The position numbers and the translations under genes were made by a program. Shown piece by piece: positions 1 through 9,113 of a DNA stretch of 32,000 nt (position 1 is its first letter; each line of letters begins with the position of its first letter). Location: positions 3,300,001 to 3,332,000 of the forward strand of contig NC_017080.1 in NCBI RefSeq assembly GCF_000284115.1. The letters run 5' to 3'. A model generated the notes under the pieces. The model made no database searches and had not been told where the DNA came from. It saw only the letters and a list, made by a program, of their open reading frames with translations. This stretch comes from Phycisphaera mikurensis NBRC 102666. GTDB lineage: Bacteria > Planctomycetota > Phycisphaerae > Phycisphaerales > Phycisphaeraceae.

Positions 1-453
1 ACGCAACGCGGCGAGAAGCCCCGCGGCGACGGCCGCGAGGTGCCCGAGGGCTTCGAGCGCTACCGCCTCGACGTCGGCCGCGATGACGGCGCCGGGCCGA
101 GCAACTTCGTGGGCGCCATCACCGGCGAGACCGGCCTCACCGGCGGCGACATCGGCCGCATCGCGTTGCACGACGCCTACGCCACCGTCGACCTGCCCGC
201 CGGGATGCCGCCGCAGGTCTTCGCCCTGCTCAAGAAGCTGGAGGTGATGGGCAAGCCCCTGAACCTCGTGAAGATGGAGGGCGGCGGGCACGCCCACCAC
301 GCGGGCGGCGGCGGGAGCGGCCGGGCGCCGAGCCACGGCGGGTTCGCACACCCGAAGAAGAAGTTTGGCGGGAAGCCCGGCTTCGGCGGGCCGAAGAAGG
401 CCGGGGCCAAGCGATTCGCCGGCGGGAAGAAGTTCGGCGGGAAGAAGTCCTGA
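1..453 (+). CDS. C-terminal fragment of DEAD-box RNA helicase (DbpA-type RNA-binding domain plus Gly/Lys-rich tail), 5' truncated by window edge
   Basis: Frame 1 is open from base 1 through stop TGA 451-453. EGFERYRLDVGRDDGAGPSNFVGAITGETGLTGGDIGRIALHDAYATVDLP resembles the DbpA/CsdA RNA-binding domain and is followed by a basic KKKFGGKPGFGG tail. Confidence 0.8.
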   Translation, partial: TQRGEKPRGDGREVPEGFERYRLDVGRDDGAGPSNFVGAITGETGLTGGDIGRIALHDAYATVDLPAGMPPQVFALLKKLEVMGKPLNLVKMEGGGHAHHAGGGGSGRAPSHGGFAHPKKKFGGKPGFGGPKKAGAKRFAGGKKFGGKKS

Positions 454-517
454 CCGCGGGAGGAGGCGGTTGCGGCGCGGGGGTGGACGCCACCGGGGCC
501 GCTCCATAGCTTCCTCC

Positions 518-1084
518 ATGAGCAACGAATCCACCGAGAACCCGCACGCGGGCAGCGTGCCGACCGAGAAGAAGATCGACGAGCTCTACGGGCTCATCGC
601 CGAGATGGAAATCGCGTTGATGACGACCCGCCGGCCCGACGGCCGGCTGGTCACCCGCCCCATGGACACGCAGGAGCGTGGCCCCGACGGCGACCTCTGG
701 TTCGTCACGGATGCCTCCGCCGAGAAGGTCGCCGAGCTGGAGCACGACGATCACGTGTGCCTGGGCTACTACAACGGCAAGACCCGCGAGTGGGTCTCGG
801 TGAGCGGCACCGCCCGCCTCACGCGAGACCGCGAGCGCATCCGCGAGCTGTACCAACCCGACTGGAAGGCCTGGTTCCAGGACGAGGGCGGCGACCGCGA
901 CGGAGGACCCGACGACCCGCGGCTGGCGCTGATCGTGGTCGAAGCCGATTCGGTCCACTACATGAAGGCGGAGCACTCGCGTCCGGTGCAGCTCTTCGAA
1001 GTCGCCCGGGGCGTCGTCACCGGAAGCCGTCCCGACGTCGGCCGCGAGGAAACGCTGTCCGCGCAAGACCTGGCGGGCCGCTGA
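518..1084 (+). CDS. Pyridoxamine 5'-phosphate oxidase family / general stress protein 26-like
   Basis: ATG at 518 in ORF 365..1084. EMEIALMTTRRPDGRLVTRPMDTQE...LWFVTDASAEKVAELEHDDHVCLGYYN is typical of this family. Confidence 0.85.
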   Translation: MSNESTENPHAGSVPTEKKIDELYGLIAEMEIALMTTRRPDGRLVTRPMDTQERGPDGDLWFVTDASAEKVAELEHDDHVCLGYYNGKTREWVSVSGTARLTRDRERIRELYQPDWKAWFQDEGGDRDGGPDDPRLALIVVEADSVHYMKAEHSRPVQLFEVARGVVTGSRPDVGREETLSAQDLAGR

Positions 1085-1163
1085 GCGGGAGGACGAGGAC
1101 GGTCGCCGTGGTCCCCGACCGCCGCGCGGCCGATCGCGGTCGGCATCGGTCGGAGCGACACGC

Positions 1164-1517
1164 TCAACCGCCCGCCGGCTTGACACCCGAGAAGCCACGC
1201 TCCCGCAGCAGCGAGACGAGCGCTTCGCGGTGGTCCCCCTGCACCTCGAAGCCGTCGCCGCGGAGCCCGCCGCCGGCGGAGACGCTCGCTTTCGCCGCCT
1301 TCAGCAGGCCCGCCAGGTCGCTGGCGTCGGGATCCAGCCGCGTCACCACCGTCACCCACTTGCCCCGGCGCCTCTCCCGCCGCACCCGCGGCTCTTGGTC
1401 CGCGTGCCGCAGGACCGCCCCGCTCGCGTCCCTCGGGCACGCGCAGCCGCCGATCGCCAGCCCGCACGCCTGGCAGGTGACCGGCCGCTCCAGCGGGGTT
1501 CCGTCGAAGAGTCCCAT
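1164..1517 (-). CDS. SUI1/eIF1-like (YciH family) translation factor homologue
   Basis: GKWVTVVTRLDPDASDLAGLLKAAKASVSAGGGLRGDGFEVQGDHREALVSLLRERGF matches the SUI1 fold pattern. Confidence 0.75.
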   Translation of the reverse strand: MGLFDGTPLERPVTCQACGLAIGGCACPRDASGAVLRHADQEPRVRRERRRGKWVTVVTRLDPDASDLAGLLKAAKASVSAGGGLRGDGFEVQGDHREALVSLLRERGFSGVKPAGG

Positions 1518-1812
1518 GCGGGGACGCTACCGCCCCGGGGGCGGGCCGGCCGATCTCGCGGATCGCCGGGCTTGCGGGTGCGGAGCGGGGGCCGGCCAGG
1601 AGCCGCTCCGACCCCGGCGTGCGCGGTGCGGGGCTCGGCCTCGCCGCGGCGGGCCCGGGGAGCGACCGCTGCCGGAGGCTGGGATTTCGGCGCTCCCGGG
1701 GTTACGGTGGAGGCCGGCTCCTTGGCCCGGGGAGGCAACGCCAGCCCGTGAAGCCTTTCCGAGGGGGTCGGATCCGCGGGGAATCACTCCCCGGCTCTGA
1801 AAGGAGCAACGC

Positions 1813-2571
1813 ATGGGATTGTTGAAGAAGTGTTCTGCCGAGGCCGTGGGGACGTTCTGGCTGGTGTTCGGGGGCTGCGGCAGCGCGGTGCTCGCGGCGG
1901 GGTTCCCCGAGGTCGGGATCGGCCTGCTCGGGGTGTCGCTGGCCTTCGGGCTCACCGTGCTCACGATGGCCTTCGCGATCGGGCACATCTCCGGCTGCCA
2001 CCTGAACCCGGCGGTCACGCTGGGCCTCGTCGTGGCGAAGCGGTTCCCCGCGGCCGAGCTGGGCCCCTACTGGTTGTCGCAGCTGGCCGGCGGCATCGCG
2101 GCCGCGGCGGTGCTCTTCGTCATCGCCAGCGGCCAGGCCGATTGGTCGGCGGCGGAGTCCGGCTTCGCGGCCAACGGCTTCGGGGAGCACTCGCCCGGCG
2201 GGTTCACCCTCGTCGCGGCGCTCACGGCGGAGTTCGTCCTGACCGCGATGTTCCTGCTGGTCATCCTCGGGGCGACCGACGTGCGGGCGCCCAAGGGGTT
2301 CGCCCCGATCGCCATCGGGCTGGGGCTGACGCTGATCCACCTGATCAGCATCCCGGTGACCAACACCTCCGTGAACCCCGCCCGCAGCACCGGGCCCGCG
2401 CTCTTCGTCGGCGGCTGGGCGATCATGCAGCTGTGGCTGTTCTGGGTGGCACCGCTGGCCGGCGCGGCGGCCGGCGGGCTCCTGCACCTGGGCTTCTTCG
2501 CACAGGAAGCCGAAGAGGGCGAGGACGCGGTGAACGCCGGCAAGGTCGTGCTGCCCAACACCGAAGCCTGA
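1813..2571 (+). CDS. aqpZ: Aquaporin Z-type water channel (MIP family)
   Basis: Both NPA boxes are present ([14 protein letters not shown]), with MIP family architecture. Start ATG is preceded by AAAGGAG. Confidence 0.93.
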   Translation: MGLLKKCSAEAVGTFWLVFGGCGSAVLAAGFPEVGIGLLGVSLAFGLTVLTMAFAIGHISGCHLNPAVTLGLVVAKRFPAAELGPYWLSQLAGGIAAAAVLFVIASGQADWSAAESGFAANGFGEHSPGGFTLVAALTAEFVLTAMFLLVILGATDVRAPKGFAPIAIGLGLTLIHLISIPVTNTSVNPARSTGPALFVGGWAIMQLWLFWVAPLAGAAAGGLLHLGFFAQEAEEGEDAVNAGKVVLPNTEA

Positions 2572-2711
2572 ACCGCACGCCGGGCGCCACGCCCGCTCGG
2601 GGGTGGGTCCTGCCGCGGCGGCCCGGGCCGCGCCGGCCCTCCGGGGGCGCGGGGCCCGGCGGGTGCGGGCTCCTCGTCGGACACCCGCGCAGCCCCCGGG
2701 TCGCGTCCGCG

Positions 2712-2757
2712 CCGCGGACCGTTGGCCGGAACGCCCGGCTCGGCCCGCGGTCCGCGG
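2712..2757. repeat. 46-bp palindromic element, copy 1
   Basis: ccgcggaccgttggccggaacgcccggctcggcccgcggtccgcgg; 10-bp perfect arms; 11 nt beyond the stop of the MOSC gene. Confidence 0.8.
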
Positions 2758-2768
2758 GAGCGGCACGC

Positions 2769-3431
2769 TCACGCGCTGAACTTCGTCTCCCGCCAGAGCC
2801 GCGAGAGCTGCGGGCAGGCCGTGAGGAAGGGGGCGGCCTCGGCCCGGGCGGCGCGGTCGTGGAGCAGAGCCGTCAGCCGCGCGATCGTCCACGCCGGCAG
2901 CGGCCGCTCGCGGAGGCCGAGCGCATCGCCCGAGGCGACCACCCCGGGGCTGAGCACGCGGACGTACCAGCCGAGCCGACCGGTCTCGGCCGCGCGGCGC
3001 GCGAGCTCGGGCCGGTTCCAGCGGCGGCACAGCTTCCAGCAGGGCTCGCGCGGCTGGCTCACCTCCACGAGGGCCGAGCCGACGGCGAACACGTCGCCGA
3101 GGCAGACGGTCCGCTCGTCGAGCCCGCCGACCGTCCAGTTCTCGCCGAAGGCCGCCGGCGGGAAGCGGATGCCGTCGTCCTCCGCCCAGGCCCGGTAGTG
3201 GTCGGCGGCGTAGAGCAACGCCGCGCGATCGGGCCCCCCGTGCACCTCCAGGTCGGCCTGCCCGTCCCCGTCAAGCCCGTCGGTCCGCAGCGACACGGGG
3301 CCGCTCACGCGGCGCTTCGTGAAGCCGCTGGTCCAGGGCTTGCCGGCCGGGTCGTGCACGGACGGCACGCCCACCGACTGCTGCAGGATCCGCGGCTCGT
3401 CGTCGGGCTGGAGCGCCGTCATGGATCTCAC
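2769..3431 (-). CDS. MOSC domain-containing protein (YiiM-like)
   Basis: DGQADLEVHGGPDRAALLYAADHYRAWAED...FGENWTVGGLDE...VEVSQPREPCWKL is characteristic of MOSC/YiiM proteins. Confidence 0.88.
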   Translation of the reverse strand: MRSMTALQPDDEPRILQQSVGVPSVHDPAGKPWTSGFTKRRVSGPVSLRTDGLDGDGQADLEVHGGPDRAALLYAADHYRAWAEDDGIRFPPAAFGENWTVGGLDERTVCLGDVFAVGSALVEVSQPREPCWKLCRRWNRPELARRAAETGRLGWYVRVLSPGVVASGDALGLRERPLPAWTIARLTALLHDRAARAEAAPFLTACPQLSRLWRETKFSA

Positions 3432-4117
3432 ACCGACAGGTGCCGGGCGAGCGACGCCTCGTCGACGTCGGCCCGGGCGTCTTCGCGGACGAGCCGGCCG
3501 GACTCCATCATGAAGATCCGGTCCGCCACGTCCAGGGCGAAGCTGAGCACCTGCTCGCTCACGACGATCGACAGCCCCAGCCGCTCCTTCACGTCGTTGA
3601 GCATGCGGGCCATGTCCTTGATGATCGAAGGCTGGATCCCCTCGGTGGGCTCGTCGAGCAGGAGGACCTTGGGCCTGGTGACCAGCGCCCGGGCGATGGC
3701 CAGCTGCTGCTGCTGCCCGCCGGAGAGGTTGCCGCCCTTGCGCTTCCGCATCTCCTTGAGCACCGGGAAGATTTCGTAGATTTCTTTGGGGACCTTCCGC
3801 GTGCCGTGCGCCTCCAGCCCGGTGCGGATGTTCTCCTCCACGCTGAGCGTCGAGAAGATCTGCCGCCCCTGCGGCACGTAGGCGAGGCCGTGTTTCACGC
3901 GTCGGTGCGGCGGCAGGTTCGCGACCTCGGTCCCGTCGATCGCGACGCTCCCGCCGCCGCCGGGCAGCAGCCCGATGAGCCCTTTAATGAGCGTGGTCTT
4001 GCCCATCCCGTTCCGCCCCATCAGGGCGACGGTCTGCTTGGGCTGCACGGCGAAGCCGAGGCCGTGGACGACCTCGCTCTGGCCGTAGGCGACGGTGAGG
4101 TTCTGGACGTTGAGCAT
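3428..4117 (-). CDS. urtE: Urea/short-chain amide ABC transporter ATP-binding subunit UrtE-type
   Basis: Walker A GRNGMGKTT, signature LSGGQQQQLAIARAL, Walker B LLLDEPTEGIQPSI. Gene order is urtABCDE. Confidence 0.9.
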   Translation of the reverse strand: MLNVQNLTVAYGQSEVVHGLGFAVQPKQTVALMGRNGMGKTTLIKGLIGLLPGGGGSVAIDGTEVANLPPHRRVKHGLAYVPQGRQIFSTLSVEENIRTGLEAHGTRKVPKEIYEIFPVLKEMRKRKGGNLSGGQQQQLAIARALVTRPKVLLLDEPTEGIQPSIIKDMARMLNDVKERLGLSIVVSEQVLSFALDVADRIFMMESGRLVREDARADVDEASLARHLSV

Positions 4118-4238
4118 GGTGGCTTCAGGGTGGATCTTCGAACGGGCCGGGCCGCTGGGCAGAAGAAGGCGAGCCGCAGACGGACGGAGATGAACGCGGA
4201 CGGACGCGGACGCACGCTTCTCTTGGGTCCCGTCGGGC

Positions 4239-4985
4239 TCAGTGCCCCAGGTAGACCTCGATGACCTTCGGGTCGGTCTCGACCTTCTCCATCGAGCCCT
4301 CGGCGAGGACTTTGCCCTGGTGCATGACGGTGACCTTGTCCGCGATCTCCCGGACGAAGTTCATGTCGTGCTCGATCACGATCACCGAGCGGCCCTTGGC
4401 GATGCGGCGGAGCAGGTGGGCGGTCAGCTCGCGCTCCCGCACGCTCATGCCGGCCACGGGCTCGTCGAGCAGGACGAGCTTGGGGTCGGCGATGAGCAGC
4501 ATGCCGATCTCCAGCCACTGCTTCTGGCCGTGGCTGAGCAACCCCGCCTCTTCGTCGAGGTGCGCGTCGAGGTGGATCTCCCGGGCGACCTCGTGGACCT
4601 TCTGCTCCACCGCCGCGTCGCGCTTGAAGAACAGCGAGCCCCAGACCCCGCGGCCACGGGGGAAGCTCACCTCCAGGTTCTCGAACACCGTGAGCGCCCC
4701 GTAGATCGAGGGCGTCTGGAACTTGCGGCCCACGCCGCCGCGGACGATCCGCTGCTCGGGCAGCTTCGAGAGCTCCTGGTTGTAGAAGCGGACGCTGCCG
4801 CCGGTGGGCCGCGTCTTCCCGCAGATGAGGTCCAGCAGCGTGGTCTTCCCGGCTCCGTTGGGCCCGATCACCACGCGTAGCTCCCCCTCGTCGACGTAGA
4901 GCGAGACCTTGTCGACGGCCTTGAAGCCGTCGAAGGAGACGGTGAGGTTCTCGATGGCGAGGGCGAAGGTGGTGTCCAGCGGCAT
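4239..4985 (-). CDS. urtD: Urea/short-chain amide ABC transporter ATP-binding subunit UrtD-type
   Basis: Walker A GPNGAGKTTLLDLICGKTRP, LSHGQKQWLEIGMLL, LVLLDEPVAGM typical of UrtD. Confidence 0.92.
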   Translation of the reverse strand: MPLDTTFALAIENLTVSFDGFKAVDKVSLYVDEGELRVVIGPNGAGKTTLLDLICGKTRPTGGSVRFYNQELSKLPEQRIVRGGVGRKFQTPSIYGALTVFENLEVSFPRGRGVWGSLFFKRDAAVEQKVHEVAREIHLDAHLDEEAGLLSHGQKQWLEIGMLLIADPKLVLLDEPVAGMSVRERELTAHLLRRIAKGRSVIVIEHDMNFVREIADKVTVMHQGKVLAEGSMEKVETDPKVIEVYLGH

Positions 4986-5030
4986 GGCGGAGGGTGGGGA
5001 AGAGACGGAGGAGAAGGCAGCCGTCGGGGC

Positions 5031-6233
5031 TCAAGCTCGCGTGGGGGCCGCGGACGGCGTGGGTTCGGGCACGGAAGCGGGGTCGGTCCGCGGCGCGGCC
5101 TCGGCGTCCGGCTTGCCGCCGAGGCCCGTGAGCCGGCCGAGCTTGGCGCCGGCCTGCGTGACGATGCCGGCGATGCCGCTGGGGAACAGCAGCGTGACCG
5201 CGATGAAGATCGCCCCCATCGCGAAGTACCAGAGCGCCGGGAACTCCTCGGAGAACCAGGTGCGGGCCCAGCTGATCAGCAGCGTCCCGAAGACGGCCCC
5301 GGTGAGGCTCATCCGACCGCCCACGGCGCAGAAGATCACCATGTAGATGCTCGGCTCGATCGTCACGAGCATCGGGCTGATCATGCCGGTGTTGAGCACG
5401 AACATCGCGCCGCCGAGGGCGGAGAAGGCGGCGGCCACGCAGAAGACGAAGGTCTTGAAGCTGGCGACGTCGTAGCCGGAGAAGCGGACGCGGTCCTCGC
5501 TGTCCCGCACCGCCACCAGCAGCCGGCCGAGCTTGCTGGAGAGGATCCACCGGCCGAGCAGCACCGTGCCGAGCAGGAAGACGACGGTGGCGAAGTACAG
5601 CGTGTTCTGCGCCCCCGGCGTCCGGATGTCCCAGCCGAGCATCGTCCGCAGGTCGGTGATCCCGTTGATGCCGCCGGTCCAGCCCTGCCGCGTCACGAAG
5701 AGCAGCTGCATCAGCCAGCACAGGGCCTGGGTGATGATCGCGAAGTACACGCCGCTCACGCGGCGCTTGAACATCGCGGTGCCCAGCAGGTAGGCGAGCA
5801 GCGTGGGGACCGCGAAGACCAGCACGAGCGTGAGCGGGAAGCTCTTGAAGGGGATCCAGAACCACGGCAGCTCCGTGATCTGGTTCCAGTCCATGAAGTC
5901 CGGCAGCCCCGCGGTCGTCAGCGCGTTGATCTGGTCGGTGCCCGACTCGGCCGCGATGTTGCCGGCCGCCTCGAGCTTCAGGAAGGCCGCGAGGCAGTAG
6001 CCGCCGAGGCCCCAGAAGACTCCCTGCCCCAGGCTCAGCACGCCGCCGTAGCCCCAGCAGAGCACCAGGCCCACCGCGACGAAGGCCAGCGAGAGGTACT
6101 TCGCCGCCATGTTCAGCCGGAAGGCGTCGAGCCACAGCGGCATCGCCAGCAGCAGCAGCGCCGCCAGCGCGGCGAAGGCCACGAGCCCGGCGTTGGAGCC
6201 GAAGAATCGGAATCGGATCTCGGAAGCGTTCAA
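5031..6233 (-). CDS. urtC: Urea/short-chain amide ABC transporter permease UrtC-type
   Basis: GLVLCWGYGGVLSLGQGVFWGLGGYCLAAFLKL and the multi-TM profile. The C-terminal tail AAPRTDPASVPEPTPSAAPTRA is partly encoded by a 46-bp palindrome. Confidence 0.9.
   Translation of the reverse strand: MNASEIRFRFFGSNAGLVAFAALAALLLLAMPLWLDAFRLNMAAKYLSLAFVAVGLVLCWGYGGVLSLGQGVFWGLGGYCLAAFLKLEAAGNIAAESGTDQINALTTAGLPDFMDWNQITELPWFWIPFKSFPLTLVLVFAVPTLLAYLLGTAMFKRRVSGVYFAIITQALCWLMQLLFVTRQGWTGGINGITDLRTMLGWDIRTPGAQNTLYFATVVFLLGTVLLGRWILSSKLGRLLVAVRDSEDRVRFSGYDVASFKTFVFCVAAAFSALGGAMFVLNTGMISPMLVTIEPSIYMVIFCAVGGRMSLTGAVFGTLLISWARTWFSEEFPALWYFAMGAIFIAVTLLFPSGIAGIVTQAGAKLGRLTGLGGKPDAEAAPRTDPASVPEPTPSAAPTRA
5048..5093. 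repeat. 46-bp palindromic element, copy 2 (inside urtC 3' coding end)
   Basis: ccgcggacggcgtgggttcgggcacggaagcggggtcggtccgcgg; 8-bp perfect terminal arms. Confidence 0.65.
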
Positions 6234-6297
6234 GGGGTTCTCTATCGCGACAGGAGGACCCGGGCCGCTTGGCCCGGGCGGGAGCGTTCGGGGCTTC

Positions 6298-7248
6298 TCA
6301 ACGCCGGATCTTCGCCTTCACGAGCCCCTGCGGCCGCAGCAGCAGGATGCCCATCACGATCAGCAGCACGTACACCTTCGCCAGCACGCCCGAGAGGAAG
6401 AACTCGAGGATCGACTGCGTCTGCGCGATCGTGAAGGCCGCGAGGATCGTGCCCAGGATGCTGCCCGCCCCGCCGAAGACCACGATGATGAAGGTGTCGA
6501 CGATGTACAGCTTGCCGGCGTCGGGCGACACCGAGCCGATGGTCGTGAACGCCGCCCCGGCGACGCCGGCGATGCCGCAACCCAGCGCGAAGGTCATGCG
6601 GTCGGTCCGCTTGGTGTTGATGCCCGCCGCGTCGGCCATCGGCCGGTTCGCCACCGTCGCCCGCACCCGCAGGCCGTAGCGCGAGCGGAAGAGCAGGAAG
6701 TAGACCAGCCCCGTCACGAACGCCGCGAGGACGAGCATGAACATCCCGTTGATCGGGATGTCGACCATGTCGGTGACGGCCCAGGAGCCCATCAGCCAGT
6801 CGGGCATCACCGCCGAGTCCTCGCGGGCTCCGAAGCCCGAGCGGAAGCTCTGCTGCATGATCATCCCCAGCCCCCAGGTCGCGAGCAGGGTGTCCAGCGG
6901 GCGCTGGTAGAGCCAGCGGATGAGCGTGATCTCGACGAAGTAGCCCAGGGCACCGGCGACGAGAAAGGCCAGCACGATGGCGACCGGGAAGTAGTACGGC
7001 AGCGCCCACTCGGCGCTGCCGACCACGGAGTTGGAGACGAACACGGTGGTGTACGCGCCGAGCGTGAGGAACTCGCCGTGGGCCATGTTGATGACCTTCA
7101 TCTGGCCGAAGATGATCGCCAGGCCCAGGGCCATCAGCAGGAACACCGCGAACATGGAGAGCCCGTTGAAGCTCTGCATCATGAAGATCGCCTGGAGCTC
7201 CTCCGCGGAGTAGCCCTCGAACATGCTGAAGACGGCGAGCGTGGTCAT
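6298..7248 (-). CDS. urtB: Urea/short-chain amide ABC transporter permease UrtB-type
   Basis: ALGLAIIFGQMKVINMAHGEFLTLGAYT...FRSGFGAREDSAVMPDWLMGS typical of UrtB/LivH permeases. Confidence 0.9.
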   Translation of the reverse strand: MTTLAVFSMFEGYSAEELQAIFMMQSFNGLSMFAVFLLMALGLAIIFGQMKVINMAHGEFLTLGAYTTVFVSNSVVGSAEWALPYYFPVAIVLAFLVAGALGYFVEITLIRWLYQRPLDTLLATWGLGMIMQQSFRSGFGAREDSAVMPDWLMGSWAVTDMVDIPINGMFMLVLAAFVTGLVYFLLFRSRYGLRVRATVANRPMADAAGINTKRTDRMTFALGCGIAGVAGAAFTTIGSVSPDAGKLYIVDTFIIVVFGGAGSILGTILAAFTIAQTQSILEFFLSGVLAKVYVLLIVMGILLLRPQGLVKAKIRR

Positions 7249-7315
7249 CGTGATCTCGATCGGGCGTGGCCGCGTCGCGGCCGGGTGGAAGCGCGACGGC
7301 CCCGGTGGGGGGCGG

Positions 7316-7361
7316 CCGCGGATCGTCGACGGAAACCCATCGAACCGGCGACGGTCCGCGG
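7316..7361. repeat. 46-bp palindromic element, copy 3 (between urtA and urtB)
   Basis: ccgcggatcgtcgacggaaacccatcgaaccggcgacggtccgcgg; 13-bp arms with one substitution. Confidence 0.8.
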
Positions 7362-7374
7362 GTTCGACGGCCGC

Positions 7375-8646
7375 TTACTGGTAACCCTCGGGGAAGGGGT
7401 TGGGCTCGATGAGCTCGTCGCTCTCGGCGAGGACCTTGAACTGGCCGTCGGGCATCATCTCGCCGATGCGGGCCTTGCTCCAGAGGTGGTGGTTCTCGTG
7501 GATGCGGACGTAGCCCTCGGGCGCGTTGTCCATCTCGATGCCCGGCGAGGCCGCGGCGATCTTGTCGATGTCGAAGCTGCCGGCCTTCTCGACCGTCTTC
7601 TTCCACAGCCACGGGCCCAGGTAGGCGGCCTGCGTCACGTCGCCGATCACCGAGTCGTCGCCCCAGCGCTCCTTGAACGCCGCGACGAAGGCCTTGTTCG
7701 CCGGGTTGTCCAGGCTCTGGAAGTACTTCATGCAGGCGTAGAAGCCCGCGACGTTCTCGCCGCCGATGCCGAGGATCTCGTCCTCGGTGGTGGAGATCGT
7801 CAGCAGGATCTGGCCGCGCTTGGCGAGGCTGTCGCCGGTGATGCCGGCCGCGTTGAGCTGCTTGTACCAGCTCACGTTGGAGCCGCCGACGACGATCGAG
7901 TAGATGCAGTCGGGCTTCTTGAGCTTCACCTTGTTGATGAGGCTGCCGAAGTTGGTGTGGCCCAGCGGGTAGTACTCCTCGCCGACGACCTTGCAGCCCT
8001 TGAGGTAGCGCTCGATGTGGAAGCGCGCGATCTTGTTGCTCGTCCGCGGCCAGATGTAGTCCGAGCCGATGAGGAAGAAGGTCTTGGCGCCCTTCTCGGT
8101 GTGCGCCCAGTCGAGGCCCCAGATGATCTGCTGCGTGGCCTCCTGGCCGGTGTAGATGACGTTCTTGCTGGCCTCGAGGCCCTCGTAGAACGTGGGGTAG
8201 TACAGCATGCCGTTCTCCTTCTCGAAGATCGGCAGCACGGCCTTCCGCGAGGCGGAGGTCCAGCAACCGAAGACGGTGCCGACCTTGTCGGAGATGAGCA
8301 GCTTCTTGGCCTTCTCCGCGAAGGTCGGCCAGTCGCTGGCGCCGTCCTCCTGGATGATCTCGATCTGCCGGCCGAGCACGCCGCCCTGGGCGTTGATCTG
8401 CTCGATCGCCAGGCGCTCGGCCTCCACCGAGCCGGTCTCGGAGATGGCCATCGTGCCGGTGACCGAGTGCAGCTGACCCACCGTGACGGTGTCGTCGGTG
8501 ACCATGAGGCCGGTGGTGTTGACCTCGCTCGTCGGGTACTCCTCGAGCATCGGGTTGGCGGCGAGCGCGGCCGGCGCGGCGGCGACGCTGAGCATCGCGG
8601 CGCCGAGCAGGCGGCGGAGGGAGGATCTGGCGGTGTGGGTCGTCAT
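7375..8646 (-). CDS. urtA: Urea/short-chain amide ABC transporter substrate-binding protein UrtA-type
   Basis: Signal peptide followed by DTVTVGQLHSVTGTMAISETGSVEAERLAIEQINAQGGVLGR and YYPTFYEGLEASKNVIYTGQEATQQIIWG, typical of UrtA/AmiC-like binding proteins. Confidence 0.92.
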   Translation of the reverse strand: MTTHTARSSLRRLLGAAMLSVAAAPAALAANPMLEEYPTSEVNTTGLMVTDDTVTVGQLHSVTGTMAISETGSVEAERLAIEQINAQGGVLGRQIEIIQEDGASDWPTFAEKAKKLLISDKVGTVFGCWTSASRKAVLPIFEKENGMLYYPTFYEGLEASKNVIYTGQEATQQIIWGLDWAHTEKGAKTFFLIGSDYIWPRTSNKIARFHIERYLKGCKVVGEEYYPLGHTNFGSLINKVKLKKPDCIYSIVVGGSNVSWYKQLNAAGITGDSLAKRGQILLTISTTEDEILGIGGENVAGFYACMKYFQSLDNPANKAFVAAFKERWGDDSVIGDVTQAAYLGPWLWKKTVEKAGSFDIDKIAAASPGIEMDNAPEGYVRIHENHHLWSKARIGEMMPDGQFKVLAESDELIEPNPFPEGYQ

Positions 8647-8749
8647 GGAGGTCTTCTCAGGAGCGGGCGGAAACGGAGCGGATCGGGCGCAGAGCGTCCG
8701 GGACGCGGCGGGGTGCCGCGCCTCTTGGGGGAGGAGGTTGCAAGGAGCG

Positions 8750-9073
8750 TCAGCCGTGCTCGATCACCCAGGGCCGCGGCCCGCGGGAGGCCGTGGGCAC
8801 GCCGCGGCCGGTGGTCTCGCTGAGGGGCACGCGGCCGGCGCCGTGCTTGTGGCTGCAGCCCGAGCCGCAGACGTGCGGTGCGTGGGCCGACTTCTCGTTG
8901 CGGTCGTGGGCGGTGATCTGGCTCGGGGCCATCTTCCGGGTCATCGGCGACGCGAAGAGGCGCGTGGCGTCGGCGCCGCACCGGGGACAGGCGCACTTCG
9001 CGCCGCTCCTCGCGATCGGGCGTTGCACCTCGAAGGTGCCGTGTGCGGGGCAGTCGAAGTCGTAACGCGGCAT
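8750..9073 (-). CDS. fmdB: FmdB-family putative zinc ribbon regulatory protein
   Basis: MPRYDFDCPAHGTFEVQRPIARSGAKCACPRCGADATRLFASPM has FmdB-like CxxC pairs. It lies between fmdA and urtA. ATG complement at 9071-9073, stop complement at 8750-8752. Confidence 0.75.
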   Translation of the reverse strand: MPRYDFDCPAHGTFEVQRPIARSGAKCACPRCGADATRLFASPMTRKMAPSQITAHDRNEKSAHAPHVCGSGCSHKHGAGRVPLSETTGRGVPTASRGPRPWVIEHG

Positions 9074-9113
9074 GGCAGGCTCGGGGGTGGGTCGGGGGAG
9101 GACTTCGAAACGA

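Noticed and set aside
6109-8823. 904-aa plus-strand ORF over urtB/urtA
   Set aside because: Antisense shadow ORF typical of high-GC DNA; motifs match the opposite strand (UrtB, UrtA).
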